Below are positions 1 through 9,880 of a stretch of 64,000 nt of DNA, piece by piece. Position numbers and translations under genes: made by a program. The first letter of the stretch is position 1. Every line of letters begins with the position of its first letter. Origin of the DNA: an uncultured Nitrospiraceae bacterium (GTDB lineage: Bacteria; Nitrospirota; Thermodesulfovibrionia; Thermodesulfovibrionales; UBA6898). The DNA lies in the NCBI GenBank assembly GCA_963811165.1, contig CAWEQH010000004.1, positions 1 through 64,000 on the forward strand, in the 5' to 3' direction. The notes beneath the pieces are model-generated. The model ran no database searches. It was not told the DNA's origin and was given only the letters and a program-made list of their open reading frames with translations.

Positions 1-249
1 AGGCTCATGACTATCTTCAGTGAGGCGCCCCGTCCGGTACTCATTCACTGCAAGAGCGGTTCGGACAGGTCGGGACTTGCGGCTGCTTTGTGGAAGGTGG
101 TTGTTGACGGTGAGCCGAAATCGGTTGCCGAAAAACAGCTCTCGATCCGTTACGGGCATTTCCCTGTGGGACAGACCTCAATATTGGATGATTTTTTTGA
201 GAGTTGGGACCCGGCTACCGCACCGCGCCTTCCGGTAAATAGCCGTTAA
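1..249 (+). CDS. Dual-specificity/tyrosine protein phosphatase family protein (5'-truncated by window edge)
   Basis: HCKSGSDRSG = HCX5R(S/T) PTP active-site loop; frame open to the window start. Confidence 0.8.
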   Translation, partial: RLMTIFSEAPRPVLIHCKSGSDRSGLAAALWKVVVDGEPKSVAEKQLSIRYGHFPVGQTSILDDFFESWDPATAPRLPVNSR

Positions 250-1379
250 TGCGCAACCAAGTCGTAGAATACCTTCTCCGTCTCACTCACCGTTCGTTTA
301 ATATCAAATAGCCGCGCGACCTTCTCTTTGCCATTCATGACAAAGCGGTCCCTCATCCCGGCGTCTTCCCGCAGGGTGCGAATTTTTTCAGCCAGGGCAT
401 TGCTGTCTCCGGGGGCAAAGAGAAAACCGTTTACTCCGTCGTCGATGATCTCCCGTATCCCTCCGCTGTCGGCGCCGATGCAGGGGACGCCGGCGGCCAT
501 AGCCTCGATGAGCGTGAGTCCCAGGCCCTCGTTCCTTGAGGGCAATACATTGAGGTCCATAATTTTATAAAACGGCGCTATGTCTTTCTGGAAGTCACAG
601 AAAGTGAGCGCTGCCGGTGACAGCCCGTTATAGTCTGCTACCGCTTTGAGGTTTTCGATGTCCTTGCCGCCCCAGACACCGAGCACGAGTAAGTGAAAAT
701 CTCCGGGGAGCGCTGCGAGCGCCCTGAAGAGGAACTCATGTCCCTTCATCGTGGGGTTGTCGGGCCTGAATACTTTACCGCCGGTATATCGTGCAACGAT
801 CCCTATATTGAGCGCCCCGTTTCGGTAATATTTGTCTCTTATCTCCCTAACCTTTTCGTCAGGAGGGGCGCTGAATTTCTCTATATCTATCCCTCCGTGG
901 ACCGTAGCGGCCCTGGCCGGTATTACGCCTCCCCTTAAAAGGCTTTTTTTCACTGCGCTGCTCACCGCAATATTCATATCGATCGCATTGAAATATACAG
1001 CCCCGACAAAGGGCATTCCCGACAGGATGCAATGCCGCGTAAATACGATCTTCGATCCGAGCCCCCGAAGGCGTGCCATGAGAAGCAGGTGTCTGTCGCT
1101 TGACTGATGGGAATTGACGATGTCCACTTTTTCATCCCGGCAAAAAGTCAGGAGTGCCGACAGTCCCTTCATCTCTGCTTTTCCCGAAGGCCGCTGGTCA
1201 TATATCTCAAGCCCTGCCTGGGAGGCCTCTTCTCTCAATTCGCAATAAACCGGCGAGGCCCATATGACCCTATGGCCGGAACGTTTCAGCCCTATTGAGA
1301 TGTCGAGTGCGAGCCTGTCGGACCCTCCCCTCCCGTTTCCGGATATGACGTTCATGATCGTAAGCGGTCTATTTCCCAT
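246..1379 (-). CDS. Glycosyltransferase family 4 (GT-B)
   Basis: N-terminal GGSD; C-terminal LPSRNEGLGLTLIEAMAAGVPCI (EX7E motif). Confidence 0.9.
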   Translation of the reverse strand: MGNRPLTIMNVISGNGRGGSDRLALDISIGLKRSGHRVIWASPVYCELREEASQAGLEIYDQRPSGKAEMKGLSALLTFCRDEKVDIVNSHQSSDRHLLLMARLRGLGSKIVFTRHCILSGMPFVGAVYFNAIDMNIAVSSAVKKSLLRGGVIPARAATVHGGIDIEKFSAPPDEKVREIRDKYYRNGALNIGIVARYTGGKVFRPDNPTMKGHEFLFRALAALPGDFHLLVLGVWGGKDIENLKAVADYNGLSPAALTFCDFQKDIAPFYKIMDLNVLPSRNEGLGLTLIEAMAAGVPCIGADSGGIREIIDDGVNGFLFAPGDSNALAEKIRTLREDAGMRDRFVMNGKEKVARLFDIKRTVSETEKVFYDLVAH

Positions 1380-2091
1380 ACACCTCTTCCCATATCCTGT
1401 AGTATTCTTTCATCGAAAACCTCATGAAGCCTTCAGCGAAAGTACCTGCCCCCGACGTCACCCCTCTGTAACGGTTGAGAGAGATTGCCGCTTCGATCCA
1501 GTCATTCGACGTAAGCTGGCTTGTGTATCTCAAAAGCGCCTCTTTCTTGTCGGGGATTGTGTCCGTGATGTCGATAACGAGGTTCGGGACCAAAGCCGTC
1601 CAGACCTCATAGGCGTAGACAGTAAAGTCGAAGGAAGATTTTTTATGAAACGCGGCCAGTAGATGATTCACCGCAAGGTGGTCATTGTGGCGGTCGAAGA
1701 GCGACGGCAGATAGAGGAGGTCCGGCTCAAAATCCTTTATAATGGACGAAAGCCGCGCCGGAAGATCACCCTGTTCAAGCAGTCTCTTCGATTCGTATCC
1801 GAGGAAGTCGAGATCGCGAAAACCCATGATCGCAGCCGCTTCTTTGGCTTCTCTCACCCGTTCCTCCGTGCAGTCGGCGAAATAGACGACCTTTACAAAA
1901 TCTCCTGAGAGTACGTGCTTTCTGAGACTTCCCCCCGCTCCTATTACGTCATCATCGATGTGGGGCGACAGCACGAGTACACGTCCGTTTTCTGGGGTGT
2001 CCATTTTGATCGGGGAGGCCTTGAGGTGGGGCGCCAACGTCTCGTAAAGACGCCCCACATGTTTCCATCGTATCCTTGCAGGCAACCTCAT
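1369..2091 (-). CDS. PIG-L/LmbE family N-acetyl deacetylase
   Basis: SPHIDDD and DRHNDH motifs; start reassigned to ATG 2091 (GGAGG RBS, ATGA overlap with upstream stop). Confidence 0.85.
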   Translation of the reverse strand: MRLPARIRWKHVGRLYETLAPHLKASPIKMDTPENGRVLVLSPHIDDDVIGAGGSLRKHVLSGDFVKVVYFADCTEERVREAKEAAAIMGFRDLDFLGYESKRLLEQGDLPARLSSIIKDFEPDLLYLPSLFDRHNDHLAVNHLLAAFHKKSSFDFTVYAYEVWTALVPNLVIDITDTIPDKKEALLRYTSQLTSNDWIEAAISLNRYRGVTSGAGTFAEGFMRFSMKEYYRIWEEVYGK

Positions 2092-3179
2092 CGTACCTCC
2101 AATGTCTTGAAGAGCCCTTCGAAGCGGTCGCCGAGTGTTTTGTCGGAGAACTCCGATTCCACGGTCTGTCTGCCGGCGGAAGCGACCTGTGCAGAGAAGT
2201 CCCGGGCAGTCAGATATTTCTGTATCGCCACCGCGAGTGCCTTCTCGTTTCCCGGCGGAACAAGTATCCCGTTTTTTCCGTCCGTAATGAGTTCCGGTAT
2301 CCCACCCACCATGGTCCCGATGACCGGCTTCCCCATAGCCATCGCCTCGATGATCACCATGCCGAAGGCCTCGCTGCATGTGGAGGGAAGAACGAAGATA
2401 TCCATGGCCGCATACATCCGCTCGACGTCCTTCCTCACCCCGGCGAAAATGACCCTGTCGCCGATGCCCAGTCTCTGCGCTTCTTTTCCGAGCCCCTCCC
2501 TCTCCTCTCCGTCGCCGACAAAGACCACTTTGACGGACCTGTTTGCTTGCGCGATCATTCCGATCGCACGGAGGAGTTCATACACGCCTTTCCCGCGGTT
2601 CAGTTTCCCGATTGTCCCTATGAGGAATTCGCTAGCGGCAATCCCGAGCTCTTTGCGTATCTCTTCGCGGTCGATATGGGAAGGGTCGAATTTCTCAAGC
2701 TGTATGCCGTTATGTATCAACGTTATCTTGTCGGCTCTTATTCCGCTGGCGCTGAGGGCCTGCCTTACTGCGCCGCTTACCGCGACGACCGCGGTGACAT
2801 GGTTGTGGACAAGCCACCGTGTGGTTTTCCTGATCCTGTCCGTCTGGTGCCTGACGAAGACTATCTTTTTCCCGAGGAATATGGCCGCGAGCGCGGCAGG
2901 CCAGTATTCACGGCCGCCGTTGGCTATTATGACGTCGATATCTTCACCGCGGCAGATGCTGAGTATGCGCATCACTGCCCGGATGTCTCCGGCGTTTCTG
3001 ACGGTTATCTTTCTGGCGGGAAGAACTGTCCCGGTCCCGACTGTTACGGAACCTTCGACCCCGCAGCCGAGGACGACCTTATGTCCCCTCCCGGCCAGTG
3101 TTGCGGCGAGCATATCCGAGTGAGATTCTATGCCTCCCCAGCCGATCCCGATATTTACGTTGATCAGGAGGATATTCAT
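2088..3179 (-). CDS. Glycosyltransferase family 4
   Basis: WGGIE N-terminal motif; SEAFGMVIIEAMAMGKPVIGT. Confidence 0.9.
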   Translation of the reverse strand: MNILLINVNIGIGWGGIESHSDMLAATLAGRGHKVVLGCGVEGSVTVGTGTVLPARKITVRNAGDIRAVMRILSICRGEDIDVIIANGGREYWPAALAAIFLGKKIVFVRHQTDRIRKTTRWLVHNHVTAVVAVSGAVRQALSASGIRADKITLIHNGIQLEKFDPSHIDREEIRKELGIAASEFLIGTIGKLNRGKGVYELLRAIGMIAQANRSVKVVFVGDGEEREGLGKEAQRLGIGDRVIFAGVRKDVERMYAAMDIFVLPSTCSEAFGMVIIEAMAMGKPVIGTMVGGIPELITDGKNGILVPPGNEKALAVAIQKYLTARDFSAQVASAGRQTVESEFSDKTLGDRFEGLFKTLEVR

Positions 3180-3910
3180 CTCCTGCCGCCTTTTCTGTCT
3201 TCGTACTTCGAATGGACCTTGTACATGAACATAAAAGGATGGGTCCCACGGCGTATAAAAGACCTGCGGAGTTCAAGAGGGTTGTCGTTTCTTCGCACAA
3301 GCCCCCTCCGGGTCGTAACCGCGGCGGTGTATCCGGTCTTTCCGACCGCCGCCAAGACACGGTCATCATAGTCGCCGTAGGGATAGCAAAAAGACTCCAC
3401 AGGTGTCTGCAGTCTTTCTTCAATATGGGACTTGGAATTGGCAACTTCGTCTTCTATCCGGGGGACGGAAAGCTTAGACAGAAAAGGATGGCTTCTCGTA
3501 TGGGAGCCAAAGGCGACACCGTTATCATTCAGGCGCAGTATCTCTTCCCAGTGCATTAGAGGCTCCCTTGCCTTACCGTCTGCGGAGTCCCACAGGTTCT
3601 CTTTTCCGACAAAGTCAGAAACGAGAAATACGGTCGAGGGATAATTATACTCTTTCAATACAGGAAAGGCATTTTCGTAAAAATCGCGGTATCCGTCGTC
3701 GAAGGTGAGCGCAACGAGCCTGTCGCCGGTTCCGCCGCTTTGCGCAAACTTTATTATTTCGGCGAGGGGAACAACCTTAAATCCCGCGGCTTTTAAATAC
3801 CCCATCTGGAACCTGAACATACGGGGCGTGACATACAGACTGGGGAGCACCGCGTTTTCCCTCGGCGTGCCCACATTATGGTACATCAGTATTACCGCGC
3901 GCCCGATCAC
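3176..3910 (-). CDS. Polysaccharide deacetylase (CE4/NodB)
   Basis: ILMYH, LTFDDGY, GSHTRSH, FCYPYG motifs; GTG start at 3910 overlaps the upstream stop (GTGA). Confidence 0.88.
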   Translation of the reverse strand: MIGRAVILMYHNVGTPRENAVLPSLYVTPRMFRFQMGYLKAAGFKVVPLAEIIKFAQSGGTGDRLVALTFDDGYRDFYENAFPVLKEYNYPSTVFLVSDFVGKENLWDSADGKAREPLMHWEEILRLNDNGVAFGSHTRSHPFLSKLSVPRIEDEVANSKSHIEERLQTPVESFCYPYGDYDDRVLAAVGKTGYTAAVTTRRGLVRRNDNPLELRRSFIRRGTHPFMFMYKVHSKYEDRKGGRR

Positions 3911-5173
3911 GACCGCCTTTCCCCCTGGAGCCGGCTCGCTGCCCGGATAAGTCCGGAGACCGCGCCTTCGACGGTATAAGGGGATTGCCCGCGGGAGCTC
4001 TCCAGCCGATTTTCTTTCCACCTGGTAATATATGCTTCGAGCGCTTCCCGTATGCCGGCTGAATCATCCGCCTGGACAACGCGATGCCCCAGGGCTTCAA
4101 GCATCGCCTGAAGTTCAGGGTTTCGGTAGACAAGGGCGAGTATAGGCCTCCCTGTATGAAGGTACTCGTACCCCTTCGATGGGATCGTCTCGAAGGAGAC
4201 GTCATCCGTATTTTGTATCAGAAGCAGCACGTCGGCCTTCTGCATGGATTCAACCGCGGCCGGACGCGCAACTTTTCCGTAGATCTGCAAGGTATTACGG
4301 TACGGGAACCTCTCTATTTCCCTTGCTGACTGCATTGCTATTGTTGCCGTAAAGGTCAAGCCTGAACTCGCCGGGGAGGGAGGGATGATCGCGGAACAGG
4401 ACCTCAAGGGCGCTCAGAAAGTGTCCCAGGTTCCTGCTTCCGCCCAAGGAGCCGAAATGCGCGATCCTGAATTGTTCCCTTCTTTTGTAAGGCAAGACCT
4501 TTTCCAAAGGGACGGCCCCCGCACGAATGGCGAAAGCCTTCCCGCTTTGGTACCTGGCTTCCGCGTTTTCCGCGGCCTTTTCGGTAAGGAAGACGACCGC
4601 ATGAGCGGTTGAGAAGATCAGTCGTTCGACATGCTTTATAATGTGGCGCTCGAATTTGCCGGGTGCGGCATACTGGTGGACAAGAGGGTCCTGGAACTCC
4701 GCAATATAGGGTATTCCGGTGACTGCGGAGGCGACTGTCGCGGCTATATGTGCGCTTACCGGCCCCCCTGTGCTGTAGATCACCGCCGGTTTTTTTTTCA
4801 GGGACAAGACCACCGCTGCAGCAGAGGCCGTGATGAACCACGACCACGTACTGTCCAGACGGAACAGCAGTTTTTCGAGGAAATAAAAGGGAAGGACCGG
4901 AAGCAGAAGCAATGTTTCCCAGAACTTAAACCAGAATTTCCTTCCCGTCTTTCTCCGTAGGAGATAGCGCACTTCGTACCGTATGCCCGACGGGGCGGGA
5001 GAGGGGACCCTCGTATGGGAAAGGTCCCTGTTCCGCAGACCGCATGGCGATGAGAGGAGATGGACGATGATACCTTTTTTTTTGAAAAAGGGGAGCCTGT
5101 CATCGATGTGATGAGAGGGCGCCATTGCATCAATGTTTGCAAAGTAGGATATGATGAGCCAGCTGTCTTTCAT
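3907..5173 (-). pseudogene. GT-B glycosyltransferase split by a 1-bp frameshift near 4325 (real lesion or sequencing error)
   Basis: ORF 4295..5173 has the N-domain (STGGP, AEFQDP); ORF 3907..4407 continues with ADVLLL...IPSKGYEYL; removing one base at GTCAGCAAGGGAA joins them. Confidence 0.75.
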
Positions 5174-5913
5174 CGCTTTCCCTTCTTCGCTGCCGTCACA
5201 AGCAGGTATCCGCCGAAGACCTTGACGAGAAGCCTTTGCGGGAAAGGAAGCAGCAGCAATTTCACGATACTCCTTAAATGTTTTGAGACATAGGAGAGGT
5301 ACGAAAGGTTTTCTCTAAAACAGATCGGATACTCCTTCATCACCGTGAGTCCCGCAGCCGCACACTGCCCCTGCAGGCTCTCTACGGGAAATTCGGGACC
5401 ATAAGGCCATTTCCCTTTTCTTTCTGCGGCCCTCTTCCCGATGGTATAGAAGACCGCTCTTGCCGAGGGATTAAACGTGATGAAGAGTCCCCCGGGCTTG
5501 ACGATGTCGGCGATGCCGCGCGTCGCCCTCAAACGAAGAGCGCCCTCGAAGTGTTCCATAACCCCTGCGTTCCAGACAATATCGAATGTCGAGTCTCCAA
5601 ACGGAGGATCGAGGATGTCGCCTTCGGTAAAAGAGGCGGCGATATTTTTTGAGGCAAAATGCCTTCGGGCTATCTGAAGTGCCTCCGGTGAAATATCCAG
5701 CAGATGGACGTCGGCCCCGAGTTCCGCCAGCTTGGCCGAGATCATACCCCGGCCGCACCCGGCTTCAAGGACCTTCTTTCCCCTGACGTCGCCGCAGTTT
5801 CGCAAAAGTTCAGAGAAGATCTCACCCGACATCTCATCGAAGCATAATTCACCTTCTCTGTTTTTGACCCAGTACCCCTGCCATACCTCCTTTACCTCTT
5901 CTTTACTCATCAT
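5170..5913 (-). CDS. Class I SAM-dependent methyltransferase
   Basis: VLEAGCGRG motif I; FDIVWNAGVMEH; VKPGG. Confidence 0.9.
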   Translation of the reverse strand: MMSKEEVKEVWQGYWVKNREGELCFDEMSGEIFSELLRNCGDVRGKKVLEAGCGRGMISAKLAELGADVHLLDISPEALQIARRHFASKNIAASFTEGDILDPPFGDSTFDIVWNAGVMEHFEGALRLRATRGIADIVKPGGLFITFNPSARAVFYTIGKRAAERKGKWPYGPEFPVESLQGQCAAAGLTVMKEYPICFRENLSYLSYVSKHLRSIVKLLLLPFPQRLLVKVFGGYLLVTAAKKGKR

Positions 5914-7046
5914 CCACGCGACGAACGGGCCAATATTTTTTTAAAGACATCCCTTATCCGCGCCGATGCCGTGCCGTCACCGTAAGGGTTCCTGCATTTG
6001 GCCATCTTTTCGTAAGCGCGCCTGTCATGGAGGAGCTCCCGGGTGGATTCGACGATCTTTTTTGGGTCTGTCCCGACAAGGAGCGCGGTCCCGGCCTTGA
6101 TACCCTCCGTGCGTTCCGTAACGTCCCTCATCACCAGCACAGGTTTGCCCAGACTCGGGGCCTCTTCCTGGATGCCTCCTGAATCGGTCAGGACGAGATG
6201 ACTTCTGCTCATAAGCCAGATGAGTGAGGGGTAATCGACCGGTTCAGTAAGGTGGATGTTTCCGACCCTCCCCAGTATAGGGTAGACCGATCCGGTGACG
6301 TGCGGGTTGAGGTGGACGGGATAGATAATCTCGACGTCTTCTTTGGCGATCTCCTTGAGTGCACGGCATATCCGGCCGAAGGGTCTGCCGAAGCTTTCCC
6401 TCCGGTGGCCGGTGACGAGGATCAGTTTCTTCGATGGATCAAGAAATCCGAAGCGGCGCGCGTATTTTGCATTGTTTCCCTTAATAATTTCCATCCCCTG
6501 TAACAGGGCATCGATTACCGTATTGCCGACAACAAAAATGTCTTTTTTGTCGATGTTTTCGGCCAGGAGGTTCTTCCTCGCTTTTTCTGTCGGTACGAAG
6601 TGGTAATCGGCCAGGCGGCCGACCAGCGAGCGGTTTATCTCTTCGGGAAACGGCGAATACTTGTTGAAGCTTCTCAGTCCCGCTTCGATGTGGGCGACCT
6701 TTACCTGTTTGTAAAATCCTGCAAGGGCGCCGGCAAGCGCGGTGGTTGTGTCACCCTGGACAATGATCACGTCGGGACGGGCGTCTTCGATGACCTTTTC
6801 CATGAGGAGCAGGGACGTTGCGGTGACCGCAAAAAGGCCCTGGTTTTTTTTCATGATGTTGAGGTCGTAATCGGGCCTGATGGAGAAGAAGTCCAGTACC
6901 TGGTCGAGCATCTCTCTGTGCTGACCGGTGACACATATGCGTACCTCTCCGATTTCTTTCAGCGTTCCGGCAAGCGGCGCCAGTTTGATCGCCTCCGGTC
7001 TTGTGCCGAAGATGAGAAGGAACCTTGTCTTTTTCTCTTTAGTCAT
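5910..7046 (-). CDS. wecB: UDP-N-acetylglucosamine 2-epimerase (non-hydrolysing)
   Basis: FGTRPEAIK, VQGDTTT, HIEAGLRS, TDSGGIQEEAP, NPYGDG; start reassigned to MTKEKK. Confidence 0.95.
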   Translation of the reverse strand: MTKEKKTRFLLIFGTRPEAIKLAPLAGTLKEIGEVRICVTGQHREMLDQVLDFFSIRPDYDLNIMKKNQGLFAVTATSLLLMEKVIEDARPDVIIVQGDTTTALAGALAGFYKQVKVAHIEAGLRSFNKYSPFPEEINRSLVGRLADYHFVPTEKARKNLLAENIDKKDIFVVGNTVIDALLQGMEIIKGNNAKYARRFGFLDPSKKLILVTGHRRESFGRPFGRICRALKEIAKEDVEIIYPVHLNPHVTGSVYPILGRVGNIHLTEPVDYPSLIWLMSRSHLVLTDSGGIQEEAPSLGKPVLVMRDVTERTEGIKAGTALLVGTDPKKIVESTRELLHDRRAYEKMAKCRNPYGDGTASARIRDVFKKILARSSRG

Positions 7047-7797
7047 TCTTTTCACGCTGTAATTCCAGCAGCTTTGCATATTTGAAAAATGATCCGCCTG
7101 CCTTTGTCAATGCAGTCACCAGGCCGTCCAGACCGTCCAGAAAACCTCTCTCGATGAAGAAGATCTTAATGAACATTCCTGCGCCATGGAGGACCGGTGA
7201 CAGGGGATTCGCACGCCTTCCCGACTGATAGAGTTCCCTGGCTATTACGGTTGAATATTCATTGAGCGTCTTGAGCATATCGGAATACTCTGTGAACGCG
7301 TAGTGCTCTATGCAGGCATCCAGGTCAATGATAGGCCCGTCAGTCACCCATCTCTCATGGATCTTGCCGTGGAAAGAACCGCGGGACTTGTTGATCAACC
7401 GGATCTGCAGGTCCGGCCAGTATCCCGAGTGTTTCATCCATCTGCCGTGCAGGTAATTCTTCCTCTTAAAGGTATATGCGTCGGCCGAAGGCGCCTTCAG
7501 GATATCCGCGATGAGTTCCCCGGTCCCCGCCGACAGCCTCTCGTCGGCGTCGAGTAAAAGGACCCAATCGTTGCGGCACTTTTCGACCGCACTGTTTTTC
7601 TGAGGACCGTAGCCTTTCCAGTCTTCCTGATAAACCCTGCATCCGAATTTTTGGGCGATCTCAACGGTCCTGTCGGTGCTCCCTGAATCGACGACTATGA
7701 CATCGTCCGAAAAGGAGACGCTGTCAAGGCAAGACGGCAGTTTGTTCTCTTCGTTCTTAGTTATTATTGCTACGGATAAGGGCATGTTTTTATTCAT
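7039..7797 (-). CDS. Glycosyltransferase family 2 (LPS core beta-1,4-glucosyltransferase, WaaE/KdtX-like)
   Basis: IITKNEE, VDSGSTD, LDADE, GFLDG motifs. Confidence 0.88.
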   Translation of the reverse strand: MNKNMPLSVAIITKNEENKLPSCLDSVSFSDDVIVVDSGSTDRTVEIAQKFGCRVYQEDWKGYGPQKNSAVEKCRNDWVLLLDADERLSAGTGELIADILKAPSADAYTFKRKNYLHGRWMKHSGYWPDLQIRLINKSRGSFHGKIHERWVTDGPIIDLDACIEHYAFTEYSDMLKTLNEYSTVIARELYQSGRRANPLSPVLHGAGMFIKIFFIERGFLDGLDGLVTALTKAGGSFFKYAKLLELQREKND

Positions 7798-9002
7798 TGG
7801 GGCACGACCCTATCTGCAGGTCCGTCTATCGCCGCAGAGATCCCCGCAAAAAGCGGCAGGGCCACCGCCGTCGCAAAAACAATAATCTCCGTGTCGGTGA
7901 GACTCCCGATGATGAAGACTGCGGTAAACGCAAAAGAGGCGAACCCCAGGGCCGACTCACGGTTTTCCCATCCGTTTTTTACCATAATTAACAGGAGCCA
8001 ACAGAAGGAAACAAGCCCGGAGATGCCATAACTTACCAGCATATACAGGAAACTGCTATGCGGATGGAACACTGAAGGAGGAAGTGAGGGATCGTCTTTC
8101 TTATATACTTCCCATGACCTCTTAAACCCCGCGGTACCCACACCAAGAAATGGATGCCTCTTTATCTCCGATACTGCGATCTGCCACATGTAAAAACGTA
8201 AACCGAGAGATGTGTTCACATTGCCTTGTTGGTACTGGCTGATGTCCTCTTTGGCCTTCCCAAATCGAGACCGTACCACAGAAGAAGTAAATAAGAGAGA
8301 TACCGCTAAGATGCTGATGGCGAGTATCTTCACTATGTGCCTTTGTCCCACGAGATTATACGCGATAACCGGAGACAAGACTATCAATGCTATAGATCCG
8401 CTCCTTCCGCCAATAAACCCCAACGTGAAAAAATATTGAAGCATGATGAGCGCATACATGAGCCTCATCTTGTTGGATGTTGCCTTTAAGAAATAAAAGG
8501 ATGCAATGAGCAGCCCTGTCGTAAGGAGCAAGGAGAACGATATCCACGCCGAACTTCCGCCCAACAGCCCTGTGGCGGCGCCGTTTTTGAGCGGCAGGAT
8601 ACCGCTGAACTGCAATATCGCGATCCCGCTGTTTAGCGAAAGCCCCACGAGAAACATCCTGAGCAGAAAATCCGCGTTTCTTCGCACGGTGAGAAGGCCG
8701 CTTAAGGCAAACGCATAGAGCCAGTAATGGGTCTTTAAGGCGATGGGGAATCCGTCATCGGGAACGGAGGTGTAGATAAGGCCTACCCACGGAAGGGCGA
8801 TGAGCAGGCCCACAGGTATCATCAGGCCGGAATGCGTCCAACTGGATATGTCTTTCAGAAACCTTCCGGAAAGGAGCCAGACAATCAGCACAAAGGCCCC
8901 GCAGATTACCGCCGGGGATGTGGCAAGAGGCACACTGAAGAAAAGTCCCGCATAGCCGTACCAAAGCAGAGTTTCTGGATTAACTCTTCTTCGTGAGCCC
9001 AT
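7794..9002 (-). CDS. O-antigen ligase family membrane protein (WaaL-like)
   Basis: Many TM segments; GGRSG, SLGLRFYMW, HPFLGVG, HPHSSFL; start uncertain. Confidence 0.85.
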   Translation of the reverse strand: MGSRRRVNPETLLWYGYAGLFFSVPLATSPAVICGAFVLIVWLLSGRFLKDISSWTHSGLMIPVGLLIALPWVGLIYTSVPDDGFPIALKTHYWLYAFALSGLLTVRRNADFLLRMFLVGLSLNSGIAILQFSGILPLKNGAATGLLGGSSAWISFSLLLTTGLLIASFYFLKATSNKMRLMYALIMLQYFFTLGFIGGRSGSIALIVLSPVIAYNLVGQRHIVKILAISILAVSLLFTSSVVRSRFGKAKEDISQYQQGNVNTSLGLRFYMWQIAVSEIKRHPFLGVGTAGFKRSWEVYKKDDPSLPPSVFHPHSSFLYMLVSYGISGLVSFCWLLLIMVKNGWENRESALGFASFAFTAVFIIGSLTDTEIIVFATAVALPLFAGISAAIDGPADRVVPQ

Positions 9003-9801
9003 TTTCACAAAAATATTTATCCGATGCAATGGCGGATTTCAAAAGAAGATTGTTACAGTGCGTTGCGATCTTGTTCGTCGGATGCCACAGGTGGAAGCAC
9101 ACGGCCATGAAAGGATGCACTTTCTTGAAAAGGCCGTACCTGAAGAACCTGCAGGCGAGTTCCGAATCTTCGTTCCCCCAGCCTTCGAAATCTTCATTAA
9201 ACCCGTTTACGGCGATAATGTCTTTTTTGAAGAAGCTCATGTTGCACGATTTGATGCCCTTCAATTTCCTGTTCTTAAAGCCGGGATACTGCGCAAGGCG
9301 CAAGAGGTGATGGGCGTTTGTTATCTTGCCCGACAATGCCATCCGGAGCAACGCGAGCTGCGAATCCGCAACCGCATGATCGAAGGCGGCCACTGCTTCT
9401 TTGTTGACCAGGATCCTCTTGCCCTGGATAAAACATCCTTCCTCCGAAAGCGACTCATGGTCGGCAATAAAGTGCCGGTTCATCACGCAGTCGCCGTCAA
9501 GGAGTATGATATAGTCTCCCGTGGCCCTCGATATCGCCTTGTTGCGTATCATCGCCGCCCTGAACCCCATATCTTCCTGCCATACGTGAATAACGGGTAC
9601 TGGAGAGGACCCGGCAAAATTCCTTACCAGGGCGGAGGTGTTCTCACCGGAACCGTCGTCGGCGATGAGGACTTCGTCGGGGGGCCGCGTTTGGTGAAAT
9701 GCGCTCTCCGCCGCTTTCTTCAGGCCCAAAGGATTACTGTATGTCGTTATTACAAGAGATATCTTCACGTCACTTGCCGGCCGGCCTTCAGGCCGCCCCA
9801 T
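8980..9801 (-). CDS. Glycosyltransferase family 2
   Basis: ITTY, IADDGS, LDGDC, NGFNEDFEGWGNED; true start may be GTG 9768. Confidence 0.9.
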   Translation of the reverse strand: MGRPEGRPASDVKISLVITTYSNPLGLKKAAESAFHQTRPPDEVLIADDGSGENTSALVRNFAGSSPVPVIHVWQEDMGFRAAMIRNKAISRATGDYIILLDGDCVMNRHFIADHESLSEEGCFIQGKRILVNKEAVAAFDHAVADSQLALLRMALSGKITNAHHLLRLAQYPGFKNRKLKGIKSCNMSFFKKDIIAVNGFNEDFEGWGNEDSELACRFFRYGLFKKVHPFMAVCFHLWHPTNKIATHCNNLLLKSAIASDKYFCENGLTKKS

Positions 9802-9880
9802 CTGATAACGGCTGCGACATGAAAACCGACCTTATATTCTAGCGGGAAAACATATGGAAAAATCCAGTGAGGCCGGCCCT

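Noticed and set aside
1915..3371. Long plus-strand ORFs of 402 and 431 aa
   Set aside because: Antisense shadows of well-supported GT4 and deacetylase genes, with no motifs; the same applies to most short overlapping ORFs in the track
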